From: an uncultured Chloroflexia bacterium
GTDB lineage: Bacteria; Chloroflexota; Limnocylindria; Limnocylindrales; CSP1-4
Reading direction: 5' to 3'
Length of the DNA stretch: 64,000 nt
NCBI GenBank assembly: GCA_963712735.1
Contig: CAVQIZ010000002.1
Coordinates: 588,387 to 652,386 of the forward strand
How positions within the stretch are numbered: the first letter of the stretch is position 1; each line of letters begins with the position of its first letter. The position numbers were made by a program, and so were the translations under genes. Shown piece after piece: positions 51,608 through 64,000 of this stretch. The notes below the pieces were generated by a model that saw nothing but the letters and a program-made list of their open reading frames with translations, was not told where the DNA came from and ran no database searches.

Positions 51608-52906
51608 ATGACCAACGGAGCACCGATGACCCGTACCTCATATCGCCAGCTGGCCGACGCCCCCATCGCCAGCGTGGACCCCGAGCTGTGGGCCGCGATG
51701 CTCGCGGAGCGCGAGCGCCAGACCTGGAATATCGAGCTCATCGCGAGTGAGAACTACACTTCGCGAGCGGTGCTCGAGGCGGCCGGCAGCTGGCTCACCA
51801 ACAAGTACGCCGAGGGCCAGCCGGGCAAGCGCTACTACGGCGGCTGCGAGTTCGTCGATGTCGTCGAGCGCCTGGCCGAGGAACGCGCCCTCGCCCTCTT
51901 CCCCGGCTCCGAGTTCGTCAACGTCCAGCCCCATTCGGGCGCGCAGGCCAACATCGCGGCCTACCTCGCGGTCCTTGGCCACGGCGACCGCATCCTGGGC
52001 ATGAGCCTGGCGCACGGTGGGCACCTCACGCACGGACACCCCATCAACTTCAGCGGCCGCTTCTTCGACGTGCACGCGTACGGCGTCTCGGAGGCTGACA
52101 GCCGCATCGACTACGACGCGCTCGAGCGGCAGGCCCGCGAGGTCAGGCCCAAGCTGCTGGTGGCGGGCGCGAGCGCCTACCCGCGACTCATCGATTTCGA
52201 GCGTATGGCGGCGATCGCGCATGGCGTGGATGCGTTGCTGTTCGTAGACATGGCCCACATCGCCGGTCTTATCGCGGCCGGCCAGCACCCCAGCCCCTTC
52301 GGCCATGCCGACATCGTCACCACCACCACGCACAAGACGCTCCGCGGCCCGCGCGGCGGCATGATCTTCGGCACCGCCCGGCTGGCCCGCCACATCGACC
52401 GCGCCGTCTTTCCCGGCACTCAGGGTGGGCCGCTGATGCATGTCATCGCGGCCAAGGCCGTGGCGCTGCTCGAAGCGGACAGCGACGAGTTCCGCGAGGA
52501 TCAGCGGCGCACCGTCGAGAACGCCGCCGTGCTCGCTGAGACCCTGCTGGCCCATGGCGCCGAGCTCGTCTCGGGCGGCACGGACAACCACCTCATCCTC
52601 GTCGATGTGACGCCGCTTGGCGTGACCGGAACGGAGGCCGAGGAGCTGCTCGACGAGGTCGGCATCACGGTCAACAAGAACGCCATCCCCTTCGACCCGC
52701 TGCCGCCGAACACGGCCTCGGGCATCCGCGTGGGCACCCCTGCAACGACCACCCGCGGCTTCGGCCCGCCGGAGATGCGGCAGGTCGGCGAGCTCATCGC
52801 GCGAACCCTGCAGGGCAGGACCGATGCGGCCGTGCTCGATTCCGTTCGTCGCGAGGTCAAGGAGATCTGCGCCCGCTTCCCCGTGCCGGGGCTGCCTAAG
52901 GCGTGA
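51608..52906 (+). CDS. glyA: Serine hydroxymethyltransferase
   Basis: [17 protein letters not shown]...YYGGCEFVD...[14 protein letters not shown] (PLP lysine). Alternative ATG at 51626. Confidence 0.96.
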   Translation: MTNGAPMTRTSYRQLADAPIASVDPELWAAMLAERERQTWNIELIASENYTSRAVLEAAGSWLTNKYAEGQPGKRYYGGCEFVDVVERLAEERALALFPGSEFVNVQPHSGAQANIAAYLAVLGHGDRILGMSLAHGGHLTHGHPINFSGRFFDVHAYGVSEADSRIDYDALERQAREVRPKLLVAGASAYPRLIDFERMAAIAHGVDALLFVDMAHIAGLIAAGQHPSPFGHADIVTTTTHKTLRGPRGGMIFGTARLARHIDRAVFPGTQGGPLMHVIAAKAVALLEADSDEFREDQRRTVENAAVLAETLLAHGAELVSGGTDNHLILVDVTPLGVTGTEAEELLDEVGITVNKNAIPFDPLPPNTASGIRVGTPATTTRGFGPPEMRQVGELIARTLQGRTDAAVLDSVRREVKEICARFPVPGLPKA

Positions 52907-54120
52907 ACCTCGAGGCGCTGCCGTACGTCCTCGCGGCGGGTGCGACCGCAGCGGTGGTGGCGTTCCTGCTGACGCCCTGGGCGATGCGCTTCGCCACCCG
53001 CACCGGCGCCATCGACGAGCCGGACTCCGGCCGCCGGATCCACCTCCGGCCCATCCCCCGCGCCGGCGGCCTGGCGGTCGCCGCGGCCTTCGTCGTCATC
53101 GGACTGGCAGCACTGTTCCTGCAGGGCCAGTTCGGGTTCTTCAGGGTCTTCCCTTGGCGCCAGCTCGACCAGAACGAGCTGCTCGCTGTCTTTGGCGGTG
53201 CCGCGCTGGCCGCGGTCTTCGGCTACGTCGACGACAGATGGCAGATCCGGGCGCGCTGGCAGTTCGCCTTGCAGGTGGCGCTGGCCATCTTCGCCATCGG
53301 GCTCGGCCTCGCCATCGTGGCGGTCAACAACCCGCTCGACTTCCTCGGCGATGTCGTCGGCGGCGGCACACTCACCTTCGCCGGGGTCGGCGCCGGGCTC
53401 GTGACCGCGCTGTGGATCGTGGGCATGATCAACAGCATCAACTTCATCGACGGCCTCGATGGCCTATCCACGGGCGTGGCCATCATCGCTGCCCTGACCC
53501 TGGGCTTCGTCTCGTTCGGCTTCGAATCGGCGTACGAGCCGCTCGTCGCGCTCCTCTGTGCGGTGCTTGCCGGTGCCCTGCTGGGCTACCTGCCCTGGAA
53601 CTTCAACCCGGCGAAGGTCTTCATCGGTACGACCGGCGTGATGGTGGTGGGCTATCTGCTCGCCGTGTTGGCCATCCTGGGCTCGGCCAAGATCCCCGTG
53701 GCGCTGCTGATCCTGGGTGTGCCCATCATCGACACGTTCTGGATCATCACCCGGCGGCTGCTCAACCGCCAATCACCATTCACGCCGGACCGTGGCCACT
53801 TCCACCATCGTCTCCTCGACCTGGGCCTGAGCCACAAGGGGGCGGTACTGCTCATCTATGCCATCACCACGCTGCTGGCCGTGCTCAGCCTGGTGCTGGC
53901 CGGGGGCTCAGGCCCGTTGTACGCGTTCATGGCCATCGTCATCGCCTCGGGTGTGCTGCTGCTGCTGGTGACGTTCCGCGTGGGGCCGGATGACGCGCTC
54001 GAGGCCAGCTCCTATCCCGAGGTCCCGTCACTGCTCGCCGGCGAGGAGGACGCCGCTCGGCCTGTCGACCCCGCTCCACCAGCTGATGCGGCGCCGCCCG
54101 AGGGCCCTGGGCGGCGCTAG
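52903..54120 (+). CDS. MraY/WecA-family polyprenyl-phosphate GlcNAc-1-phosphate transferase
   Basis: [20 protein letters not shown]...[15 protein letters not shown]...[15 protein letters not shown] overlap with the glyA stop. Sits upstream of the atp operon, as in Actinomycetota. Confidence 0.88.
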   Translation: MNLEALPYVLAAGATAAVVAFLLTPWAMRFATRTGAIDEPDSGRRIHLRPIPRAGGLAVAAAFVVIGLAALFLQGQFGFFRVFPWRQLDQNELLAVFGGAALAAVFGYVDDRWQIRARWQFALQVALAIFAIGLGLAIVAVNNPLDFLGDVVGGGTLTFAGVGAGLVTALWIVGMINSINFIDGLDGLSTGVAIIAALTLGFVSFGFESAYEPLVALLCAVLAGALLGYLPWNFNPAKVFIGTTGVMVVGYLLAVLAILGSAKIPVALLILGVPIIDTFWIITRRLLNRQSPFTPDRGHFHHRLLDLGLSHKGAVLLIYAITTLLAVLSLVLAGGSGPLYAFMAIVIASGVLLLLVTFRVGPDDALEASSYPEVPSLLAGEEDAARPVDPAPPADAAPPEGPGRR

Positions 54121-54153
54121 GGCGACCGCTTGACGAGAGCGTCCGAGCCGGGC

Positions 54154-54162
54154 TGGTATACT
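54154..54162 (+). promoter_or_regulatory. Candidate extended -10 promoter element TGgTATACT upstream of the atp operon
   Basis: TGGTATACT at 54154-54162. The TTGACG at 54130-54135 is 21 nt away, too far for a standard -35. Confidence 0.3.
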
Positions 54163-54182
54163 CTGCCCCGCCCGAGGCGGGC

Positions 54183-54413
54183 ATCAAGGAAGGTCACGGG
54201 AAGGCAGTCGGATACCTCGCCCTCTTCTCCGAGATCGGGATCGTCCTGTTCGTGACCACACTCGGCGGCGCGCTCGCCGGTCGGTGGCTGGATCAGCAGC
54301 TGGGTACCTATCCCTTCATCCTGGTCGCAGGCTTCGTTCTTGGTGTGGTGCTGGGGGCGGTGATCGATTGGCGACTCGTCGATCGGTTCCTGAAGAACAT
54401 GAAGGACGCATGA
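54183..54413 (+). CDS. AtpZ/AtpI-like small membrane protein; start codon unresolved
   Basis: The frame ending at TGA 54411-54413 reads ...GYLALFSEIGIVLFVTTLGGALAGRWLDQQLGTYPFILVAGFVLGVVLGAVIDWRLV, the two-TM AtpZ pattern with GRWLD..LGT.P. The only ATG or GTG in frame is GTG 54252, inside TM1. The upstream frame is open but lacks a canonical start. Confidence 0.5.
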   Translation: MKEGHGKAVGYLALFSEIGIVLFVTTLGGALAGRWLDQQLGTYPFILVAGFVLGVVLGAVIDWRLVDRFLKNMKDA

Positions 54414-54444
54414 GACGTGCTCGACCGGCACGTGCAGCGCAGGA

Positions 54445-55468
54445 GTGAGCGTGGCAAGCGAGCCAGTGGAGCAGAGCGAAGCGTCGGCGCCTGAGGGCAA
54501 GAAGCGCAGTCGTGTCGGCCTCATCGTGGCCGGCCTCATCCTCGTCGTTGTCATCGACATCTTCGCCTTCCTGCTGGTGCCGCCGTTCGAGCCGGGATCG
54601 CCCGAGGACACCTGCAGCATCGCCGACTCCGCCTGCCTCATCAACGGCACCCTGCACTTCCCCAGCCCGCACGTCATCTGGACCGCCAGCGGCGAGGAGG
54701 CGAGCGGCGGCATCTTCGAGATCAGCCTCACCGACACGCTCTTCACCATGCTCCTGGTCACGGCCGTCCTGCTGCTGGTGATGATCCTCGTCAGCCGCGG
54801 CAAGGCGCCCGTGCCCGGCTTCTTCCAGAACTTCGTGGAGTGGGCCTACGAATCGCTGACCGGCTGGGGTCGCGGCATGGGCGGCTCGCGTGCCCTGCCC
54901 TACATCCCCGTCTTCGCTTCCTTCTTCGTCCTCATCCTGGCCTTCAACTGGAGCGGCCTGGTGCCCCCCATCGGGCTCGTCCAGGGCTTGCGGGCGCCGA
55001 CCAGCGACCTGAACGTGACCATCGGCCTGGCGCTGGTGGCGTTCGGCTTCTTCCAGCTGGAAGGCTTCCGCCGCCTTGGCGTCGGCGGCTACATGTCCAA
55101 GTTCTTTCCCGATCTACGAGTTCCGGCAGGGCATCGGCGCCGGCCTCATCGCCATGTTCGTGGGCTTCATCGAGCTCATCCTCGAGTTCATCAAGCCGGT
55201 CACGCTGTCCGTCCGACTCTTCGGCAACATCTACGGTGGTGAGGTCGCCCTGGCGGTCATCACCAGCCTGGCCATCGCCGTCATCCCCGTGGCCATCTAC
55301 GGCCTCGAGATCATCCTGACCTTCGTGCAGGCCCTCATCTTCAGCACGCTGACGCTCGTCTTCACGCTGATCGCCATCGAGAGCCACCGTCACGAAGAGG
55401 GACACACCGCGGAAGAGATCCTCGACGCGGCCCACCCATCCAGCCAGCCGGCGCCGGCCGGCAACTAG
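54445..55468 (+). pseudogene. atpB: F0F1 ATP synthase subunit a, frame broken by one extra base near 55105-55111 (apparent pseudogene; more likely sequence error)
   Basis: The first frame reads ...FFQLEGFRRLGVGGYMSKFFP. It continues one base later as IYEFRQGIGAGLIAMFVGFIELILEFIKPVTLSVRLFGNIYGGE (essential Arg). Start is GTG 54445 or GTG 54451 (AGGAG at 54441-54445). Confidence 0.85.
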
Positions 55469-55532
55469 CCCCGCGAGCCGTCGGACGAGGGTTCCGACCT
55501 CCCAGCAACCTCTCGAAGGAGGAGACAGACAC

Positions 55533-55748
55533 ATGGACCTGGCACCGCTCGGCGCCGGTATCGCCATCCTTTCGATCATCGGCCCGGCCCTCGGCATCGG
55601 CATCCTCGCCGGCATGTCCTCGAGCGCCATCGGCCGCAACCCCGACGCCGGAGAGCAGATCCGCTCGCTGGCCGTGCTCATGGCCGCGTTCGCTGAGGGC
55701 CTCGGCGTCATCGCGCTGGTGGTCGGCCTCCTGATCGCGCTCCTCTAG
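55533..55748 (+). CDS. atpE: F0F1 ATP synthase subunit c
   Basis: 71-aa two-helix hairpin. GIGILAGMSSSAIGRNPD...MAAFAEGLGVIALVVGLLI (proton-binding Glu). Confidence 0.93.
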   Translation: MDLAPLGAGIAILSIIGPALGIGILAGMSSSAIGRNPDAGEQIRSLAVLMAAFAEGLGVIALVVGLLIALL

Positions 55749-55769
55749 CGCGCGAGACAGGCTATATCG

Positions 55770-56351
55770 ATGGGAGTCCTCGCTCTCGCGCAGGTGCTCG
55801 AGGAGCACGGTGCGGCGTTCTCAGCGGAGGCTGAAGGTGCCGGGCTGACGATCAACCTCTTCTGGATCATCGTCGCCGGGCTGAACTTCATCATCTTCGC
55901 GCTGATCGCCTATCGCGTCGTGCTGATGCCCGTGGGCAAGCGGCTCGAAGAGCGTCGTGAGCGCATCGAGCAGGGCCTCAAGGACGCCGACGCCGCCCGC
56001 CGTGACCGCGAGGCCGCGGCGGACCAGCGCCAGGGGATCCTGCACGAAGCTCGGCGCGAGGCCAGCGAGATCGTGCAGCGTGCCCAGAAGGTCGCCGACG
56101 ACGAGCGAGCCAAGGGCCTGGCCGCGACGCAGGTGGAGATCGACCGCATGCGCGAACGTGCCGTGGCAGAGATCGACGCCGAGCGCAAGCGCGCCCTCGC
56201 CGATGTGCGCAGCCAGGTCGCCGACCTGGCACTCATGGCGGCCGGCAAGGTCGTTGGCGAGACCATGAGCAACGAACGCGAGAAGCGCCTCGTCGACGAG
56301 TTCCTGGCACAGGTCTCGGCGCAGGCACCAGCGGGAGACGACCGCAACTGA
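55770..56351 (+). CDS. atpF: F0F1 ATP synthase subunit b
   Basis: N-terminal TM helix (LFWIIVAGLNFIIFALIAY), then a long charged helix. Position in the operon fits. Confidence 0.88.
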   Translation: MGVLALAQVLEEHGAAFSAEAEGAGLTINLFWIIVAGLNFIIFALIAYRVVLMPVGKRLEERRERIEQGLKDADAARRDREAAADQRQGILHEARREASEIVQRAQKVADDERAKGLAATQVEIDRMRERAVAEIDAERKRALADVRSQVADLALMAAGKVVGETMSNEREKRLVDEFLAQVSAQAPAGDDRN

Positions 56352-56376
56352 TGGCAGCAGCACGGACGCCTGACGC

Positions 56377-56922
56377 ATGGCGCTAGCCCGCAGCACGGCG
56401 CGTCGCTACGCTGAAGCCGCCTTCGAGATCGCCGAGCGCGATGACTCGATGGAGGCCTGGCTGGCGGCGCTGGTGATCGCCGAGGAGCGACTTGTCGATG
56501 GCGAGGTGATGCGCCTGCTGTCCAACCCGTCCATCCCCTCGACGGCGCGGGTGCAGGCGCTGGAGCGCATCGTCGCTGACGAGATCGCCGGCCCCCAGCT
56601 CAACCTGCTGGCGCTGATGGTGCGTCGCGGCCGGTTCGAGCTGCTGCCCGGGGTCATCCGCGAGTTCAGCCGCCTGTACCGGCTGCGAGAGGGCATCGTG
56701 GAAGCCACCGTCACATCGGCCTCGGCGCTCGAAGTCAGTGAAGTAGAGGCGCTGCAGGAGCGCCTTGTCGCCATCACCGGCAAGCGCGTGGAGCTCAGCC
56801 AGGCGGTCGACCCCGCGCTGCTCGGCGGCATCGTCGTCCGCTTCGGCGATCAGCTCATCGACGGCTCCGTGCAGGGCCGCCTCGAACGTATGCGCCACGA
56901 TCTCTCGAACATCGCTATCTGA
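56377..56922 (+). CDS. atpH: F0F1 ATP synthase subunit delta (OSCP)
   Basis: [12 protein letters not shown]...[24 protein letters not shown]. Confidence 0.9.
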   Translation: MALARSTARRYAEAAFEIAERDDSMEAWLAALVIAEERLVDGEVMRLLSNPSIPSTARVQALERIVADEIAGPQLNLLALMVRRGRFELLPGVIREFSRLYRLREGIVEATVTSASALEVSEVEALQERLVAITGKRVELSQAVDPALLGGIVVRFGDQLIDGSVQGRLERMRHDLSNIAI

Positions 56923-56947
56923 CGCCACCGCCCAGAAGGAACCACGC

Positions 56948-58480
<1,533 letters not shown>

Positions 58481-58532
58481 CCCAGCGGCGGCCCAAGCAC
58501 GGTCGCTGCCAAGAGGAGGACGCCAGGCCCTC

Positions 58533-60840
<2,308 letters not shown>

Positions 60841-60878
60841 CCAGCCACATGCCGACTGCGAGCCTGGAGGCCTAGCCC

Positions 60879-61307
60879 ATGCCGCTGCAGCTGGAGATCG
60901 TCACACCCGAGCGTCTGGCCTACTCGGACGAGGTCGACGCCGTCTTCTGCCCGGGCGTGGAGGGCGAGCTCGGCGTGCTGCCTCACCACGCGCCGCTGCT
61001 GTCCATGCTCGGTGTCGGCGAGCTACGCATCCGCAAGGGCAGCGACGAGGAGTTCTTCGCCATTGCGGGCGGCTTCGTTCAGGTGCGACCAGACAAGGTC
61101 GTGGTCATGGCCGAACTGGCCGACCTCTCCTCGGAGATCGACCTGGAGGCGGCCGAGGAGGCGCGCAACGAGGCAGAGCGGGCCATCCAGGCGGGCTTCG
61201 ACGAGCCGGCCGATCTGGCACGCGCACGCGCCGCCATGGAGCGAGCGCTGCTGCGCATCCGTGTCGCCGAGCGCCGGCACCGCGAGGGTCCGCGTCAGCG
61301 CCGCTAG
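60879..61307 (+). CDS. atpC: F0F1 ATP synthase subunit epsilon
   Basis: LQLEIVTPERLAYSDEVDAVFCPGVEGELGVLPHHAPLLS. Confidence 0.92.
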   Translation: MPLQLEIVTPERLAYSDEVDAVFCPGVEGELGVLPHHAPLLSMLGVGELRIRKGSDEEFFAIAGGFVQVRPDKVVVMAELADLSSEIDLEAAEEARNEAERAIQAGFDEPADLARARAAMERALLRIRVAERRHREGPRQRR

Positions 61308-61347
61308 CCATCAGCGCCGAACGGCCTGATGACTGAGACTTAGCGCC

Positions 61348-62670
61348 ATGGCAGAGACTCGGCCATTCCACTGGGAGTACCAGGCGCCGGCGGTGCCACA
61401 GGAGACCATCCGCATCGAGGGTGGCGCGCCGCTGCGCGGCGACGTGCCCATCAGCGGCTCCAAGAATGCCGCGCTGAAGCTGCTCGCCGCGGCCACCCTG
61501 ACAGGGGAGCGCTGCCGCTTCACCAACGTGCCCGAGATCGCCGACGTCACGCTGATGGCCGAGGTGCTGAGCGACCTCGGCGTGGTGGTCGATCATCCCG
61601 AGCCCAGCACCTACGAGGTCTCGGCAGGCGACGTCGACTGGCTCTTCGTGCCTCTGGAGGCGGCTGCGCGCATGCGCGCCAGCTTCATCCTGCTCGGCCC
61701 GCTGTTGGCGCGCTTCGGCCGCGTCATCATCAGCAACCCGGGAGGCGACCGCATCGGCCGTCGCCCGGTCGACCTCCATGTCGAGGCCATGCAGGCACTG
61801 GGTGCCCGTATCGACTACCGCAACGGCTACTACTTCGCCCAGGCCCCCGGACGCCTGCGCGGTGGGGACGTGGTGTTCCCACACGTCACCGTCATGGGCA
61901 CGGAGAACGCCATCCTTGCGGCCACGCTGGCCGATGGTCACACCACCATCCGGCCGGCAGCACAGGAGCCTGAGATCGATGACCTCATCAGCTTCCTGCA
62001 GGACATGGGTGCAGAGGTCGAGCGCACCGCACCGGACGTCATCGAGGTCGAGGGCCGTCGACGCCTGCGAGGCGCTACCCATCATGTGATCGCCGACCGC
62101 ATCGAGGCAGGCACCTTCGCGGTCGCGGCCGCCGTGACCGGCGGTGAGGTCACGCTCTGCGGCGCCCCCTCGACGCACCTGGGCGCGTTCCTCGACGTCC
62201 TCGACCACATCGGGGTCGACGTCAGCGGCGACGGCGACCGCATCACCGTGCGTGGCGCCGAGCCGGGCGCGTACGCCGCGACCGACATCACCACGGCCGC
62301 CTATCCAGGGCTGGCGACCGACCTGCAGCCGCCGACGGGGGTCTTGCTGACGCAGGCGCGCGGCCGCAGCGTGGTGCACGAGACGATCTACGAGGACCGC
62401 CTCGAGTGGCTCACCGACCTGGCGCTGATGGGGGCGCGGGCGCAGATCGAGGATGCCCACCACGCGGTCATCGAGGGACCGGCGCGCCTGCAGGGAGCAG
62501 AAGTGGAGGTGAGCGACCTGCGTGCCGGGGCATCCCTCATCCTCGGCGCTCTCGCGGCCGAGGGGCAGTCGACCATCCGCGGCGTCCACCACGTGCGCCG
62601 GGGTTACGAAGGCATCGAGGGCAAGCTGCTCGACCTTGGCGCGCGCATCGAACCCGATCCTGGGCGATAG
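61348..62670 (+). CDS. murA: UDP-N-acetylglucosamine 1-carboxyvinyltransferase MurA (Asp at the catalytic Cys position)
   Basis: [26 protein letters not shown]...[15 protein letters not shown]. Asp134 (61747-61749) replaces the Cys of the GGC.IG.RP.D.H loop. Confidence 0.94.
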   Translation: MAETRPFHWEYQAPAVPQETIRIEGGAPLRGDVPISGSKNAALKLLAAATLTGERCRFTNVPEIADVTLMAEVLSDLGVVVDHPEPSTYEVSAGDVDWLFVPLEAAARMRASFILLGPLLARFGRVIISNPGGDRIGRRPVDLHVEAMQALGARIDYRNGYYFAQAPGRLRGGDVVFPHVTVMGTENAILAATLADGHTTIRPAAQEPEIDDLISFLQDMGAEVERTAPDVIEVEGRRRLRGATHHVIADRIEAGTFAVAAAVTGGEVTLCGAPSTHLGAFLDVLDHIGVDVSGDGDRITVRGAEPGAYAATDITTAAYPGLATDLQPPTGVLLTQARGRSVVHETIYEDRLEWLTDLALMGARAQIEDAHHAVIEGPARLQGAEVEVSDLRAGASLILGALAAEGQSTIRGVHHVRRGYEGIEGKLLDLGARIEPDPGR

Positions 62671-62680
62671 TCGTCACGAC

Positions 62681-63670
62681 ATGAAGATCGGCATCGACCT
62701 CGGGACGGCCAACGTGCTCGTCTACGTCACGGGCAAGGGCATCGTCATCCGCGAGCCCTCGGTCGTGGCCGTCAGCGACAGTCACCACATCGTGGCGGTA
62801 GGCGAGGAGGCGCGCGAGATGATCGGCCGCACGCCGGACAACATCTCCGCCATCCGGCCCATGAAGGACGGTGTCATCGCCGACTACGTCATCACCGAGG
62901 CCATGCTGCGCTACTTCATCCGCAAGGCCGGCCGCACGTTCACCAAGCCGGAGGTGATGGTGTGTGTGCCCTCGGGCGTGACCAGCGTGGAGAAGCGCGC
63001 CGTGCGCGACGCGGCCCTGAAGGCCGGCGCTCGCGAGGCCTACCTCATCGAGGAGCCGCTGGCCGCGGCTATCGGCGCCAATGTGCCCATCTCGGGTGCC
63101 TCGGGCAACATGATCATCGACATCGGCGGCGGCACCAGCGAGATCGCCGTCGTGGCGCTGGGCGGCATCGTGGTCAGCCGCTCCCTGCGTGTGGGTGGCA
63201 ACCGCTTCGACGAGGCCATCGCCAGCTACATCCGCCGCAAGTACAACCTCATGATCGGTGAGCGCACGGCCGAGGAGGTCAAGATCGCCATCGGCACCGC
63301 CCTGCCCCTGGAGCGCGAGCTGACCCTCGACGTTCGTGGACGTGACCTGGTCGCCGGCCTGCCGCGCACCATCCCGCTCACCAGCTCCGAGGTCATGGAG
63401 GCGATGGAGAAGCCGCTGCAGCAGGTCGTCACCGCCGTCCGCGCAGTGCTGGAGGAGACACCACCCGAGCTGGCCAGCGACATCATCGACAAGGGCATGG
63501 TGATGACCGGCGGCGGCGCCCTGCTGCGCAACATGGACCGCCTGCTGACACAGGTCACCGGCGTGCCCTGCCACGTGGCTGAGAACGCGCTCAACTGCGT
63601 GGCGCTTGGCACCGGCCTCGCCATGGAGCACTTCGAGTTCTTCAAGGCGTCATTGGTGCAGAAGGTCTAG
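62681..63670 (+). CDS. mreB: Rod shape-determining actin-like protein MreB
   Basis: [31 protein letters not shown]...[11 protein letters not shown]...[11 protein letters not shown]. Confidence 0.94.
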   Translation: MKIGIDLGTANVLVYVTGKGIVIREPSVVAVSDSHHIVAVGEEAREMIGRTPDNISAIRPMKDGVIADYVITEAMLRYFIRKAGRTFTKPEVMVCVPSGVTSVEKRAVRDAALKAGAREAYLIEEPLAAAIGANVPISGASGNMIIDIGGGTSEIAVVALGGIVVSRSLRVGGNRFDEAIASYIRRKYNLMIGERTAEEVKIAIGTALPLERELTLDVRGRDLVAGLPRTIPLTSSEVMEAMEKPLQQVVTAVRAVLEETPPELASDIIDKGMVMTGGGALLRNMDRLLTQVTGVPCHVAENALNCVALGTGLAMEHFEFFKASLVQKV

Positions 63671-63672
63671 GC

Positions 63673-64000
63673 GTGGTCCCCGAGCCAGTCTCACCCACCG
63701 GCGCGCGCTCCTTCGCCGACCTCCATACCCATAGCTCGGCATCGTTCGACTCACTGTCGGACCCGCGCCAGATGATGGACAGGGCGGTACGGCTGGGCCT
63801 GACGCACCTCGCCATCACCGACCACGAGCGCATCGACGGTGCCCAGCGTGCCCGCGACCTGGCGCCGCCCACGCTGCAGGTCATCGTGGGCGAGGAGATC
63901 CGCAGTGCCGACGGCGACATCCTGGGCCTCTATCTCGAGCGTGCCGTCGCGCCCGGGATGTCGGCCGCCGATACCGCCGCGGCCATCCGCGAGCAGGGTG
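63673..64000 (+). CDS. PHP-domain metal-dependent phosphoesterase, N-terminal part (runs off window)
   Basis: GTG 63673. FADLHTHSSASFDSLSDP...LGLTHLAITDHERIDGA is PHP motif I/II. The frame is open to base 64000. Confidence 0.7.
   Translation, partial: MVPEPVSPTGARSFADLHTHSSASFDSLSDPRQMMDRAVRLGLTHLAITDHERIDGAQRARDLAPPTLQVIVGEEIRSADGDILGLYLERAVAPGMSAADTAAAIREQG

Overview
High-GC (roughly 68-70%) bacterial chromosomal window around the replication-origin neighbourhood. It is densely packed and almost entirely core housekeeping. I saw no transposase, integrase, phage, CRISPR, toxin-antitoxin or defence-island content. Gene order, left to right: (1) A membrane glycosylation cluster: GT4-like fragment, a 1711-aa double GT-C fusion, two further GT-C proteins and a GT2 polyprenyl-phosphate sugar synthase. 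(2) BFN nuclease and a PP2C-like membrane protein. (3) DUF721-recF-dnaN-[AT-rich oriC candidate]-dnaA on the minus strand, then a CsaA-like tRNA-binding protein. (4) rpmH-rnpA-yidD-yidC-jag on the plus strand. (5) tmRNA-smpB-S41 protease-ftsX-ftsE-IMPase-GNAT-prfB on the minus strand; prfB carries the canonical CTT TGA C +1 programmed frameshift. (6) An unrecognised 82-aa ORF with 8 cysteines, then secA. (7) A small TM protein-prs-gyrA-AlkD-like-gyrB-parB-parA on the minus strand. (8) A 0.9-kb non-coding gap with two parS sites. (9) mreD-mrdA-rodA, a CPA2 antiporter and a J-domain protein. (10) rplU-rpmA-rpmE-DUF1385-prfA-prmC-tsaC-glyA-wecA-like-atpZ-atpBEFHAGDC-murA-mreB-PHP (partial). The right-half synteny resembles Actinomycetota; that is inference only. 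Four otherwise intact genes (secA at two sites, prs, the antiporter, atpB) are each broken by a single extra base, always +1. I read these as probable sequence or assembly errors rather than biology, but cannot prove it from one sequence. I did not find a clear self-contained novel multi-gene system. The least explained items are the 8-Cys small ORF upstream of prfB, the GT-C cluster with its giant fusion, the HEAT-repeat AlkD-like ORF stacked between gyrB and gyrA, and the 0.9-kb non-coding region at the parA/mreD strand switch. All family assignments come from motif recognition by eye; no searches were run.
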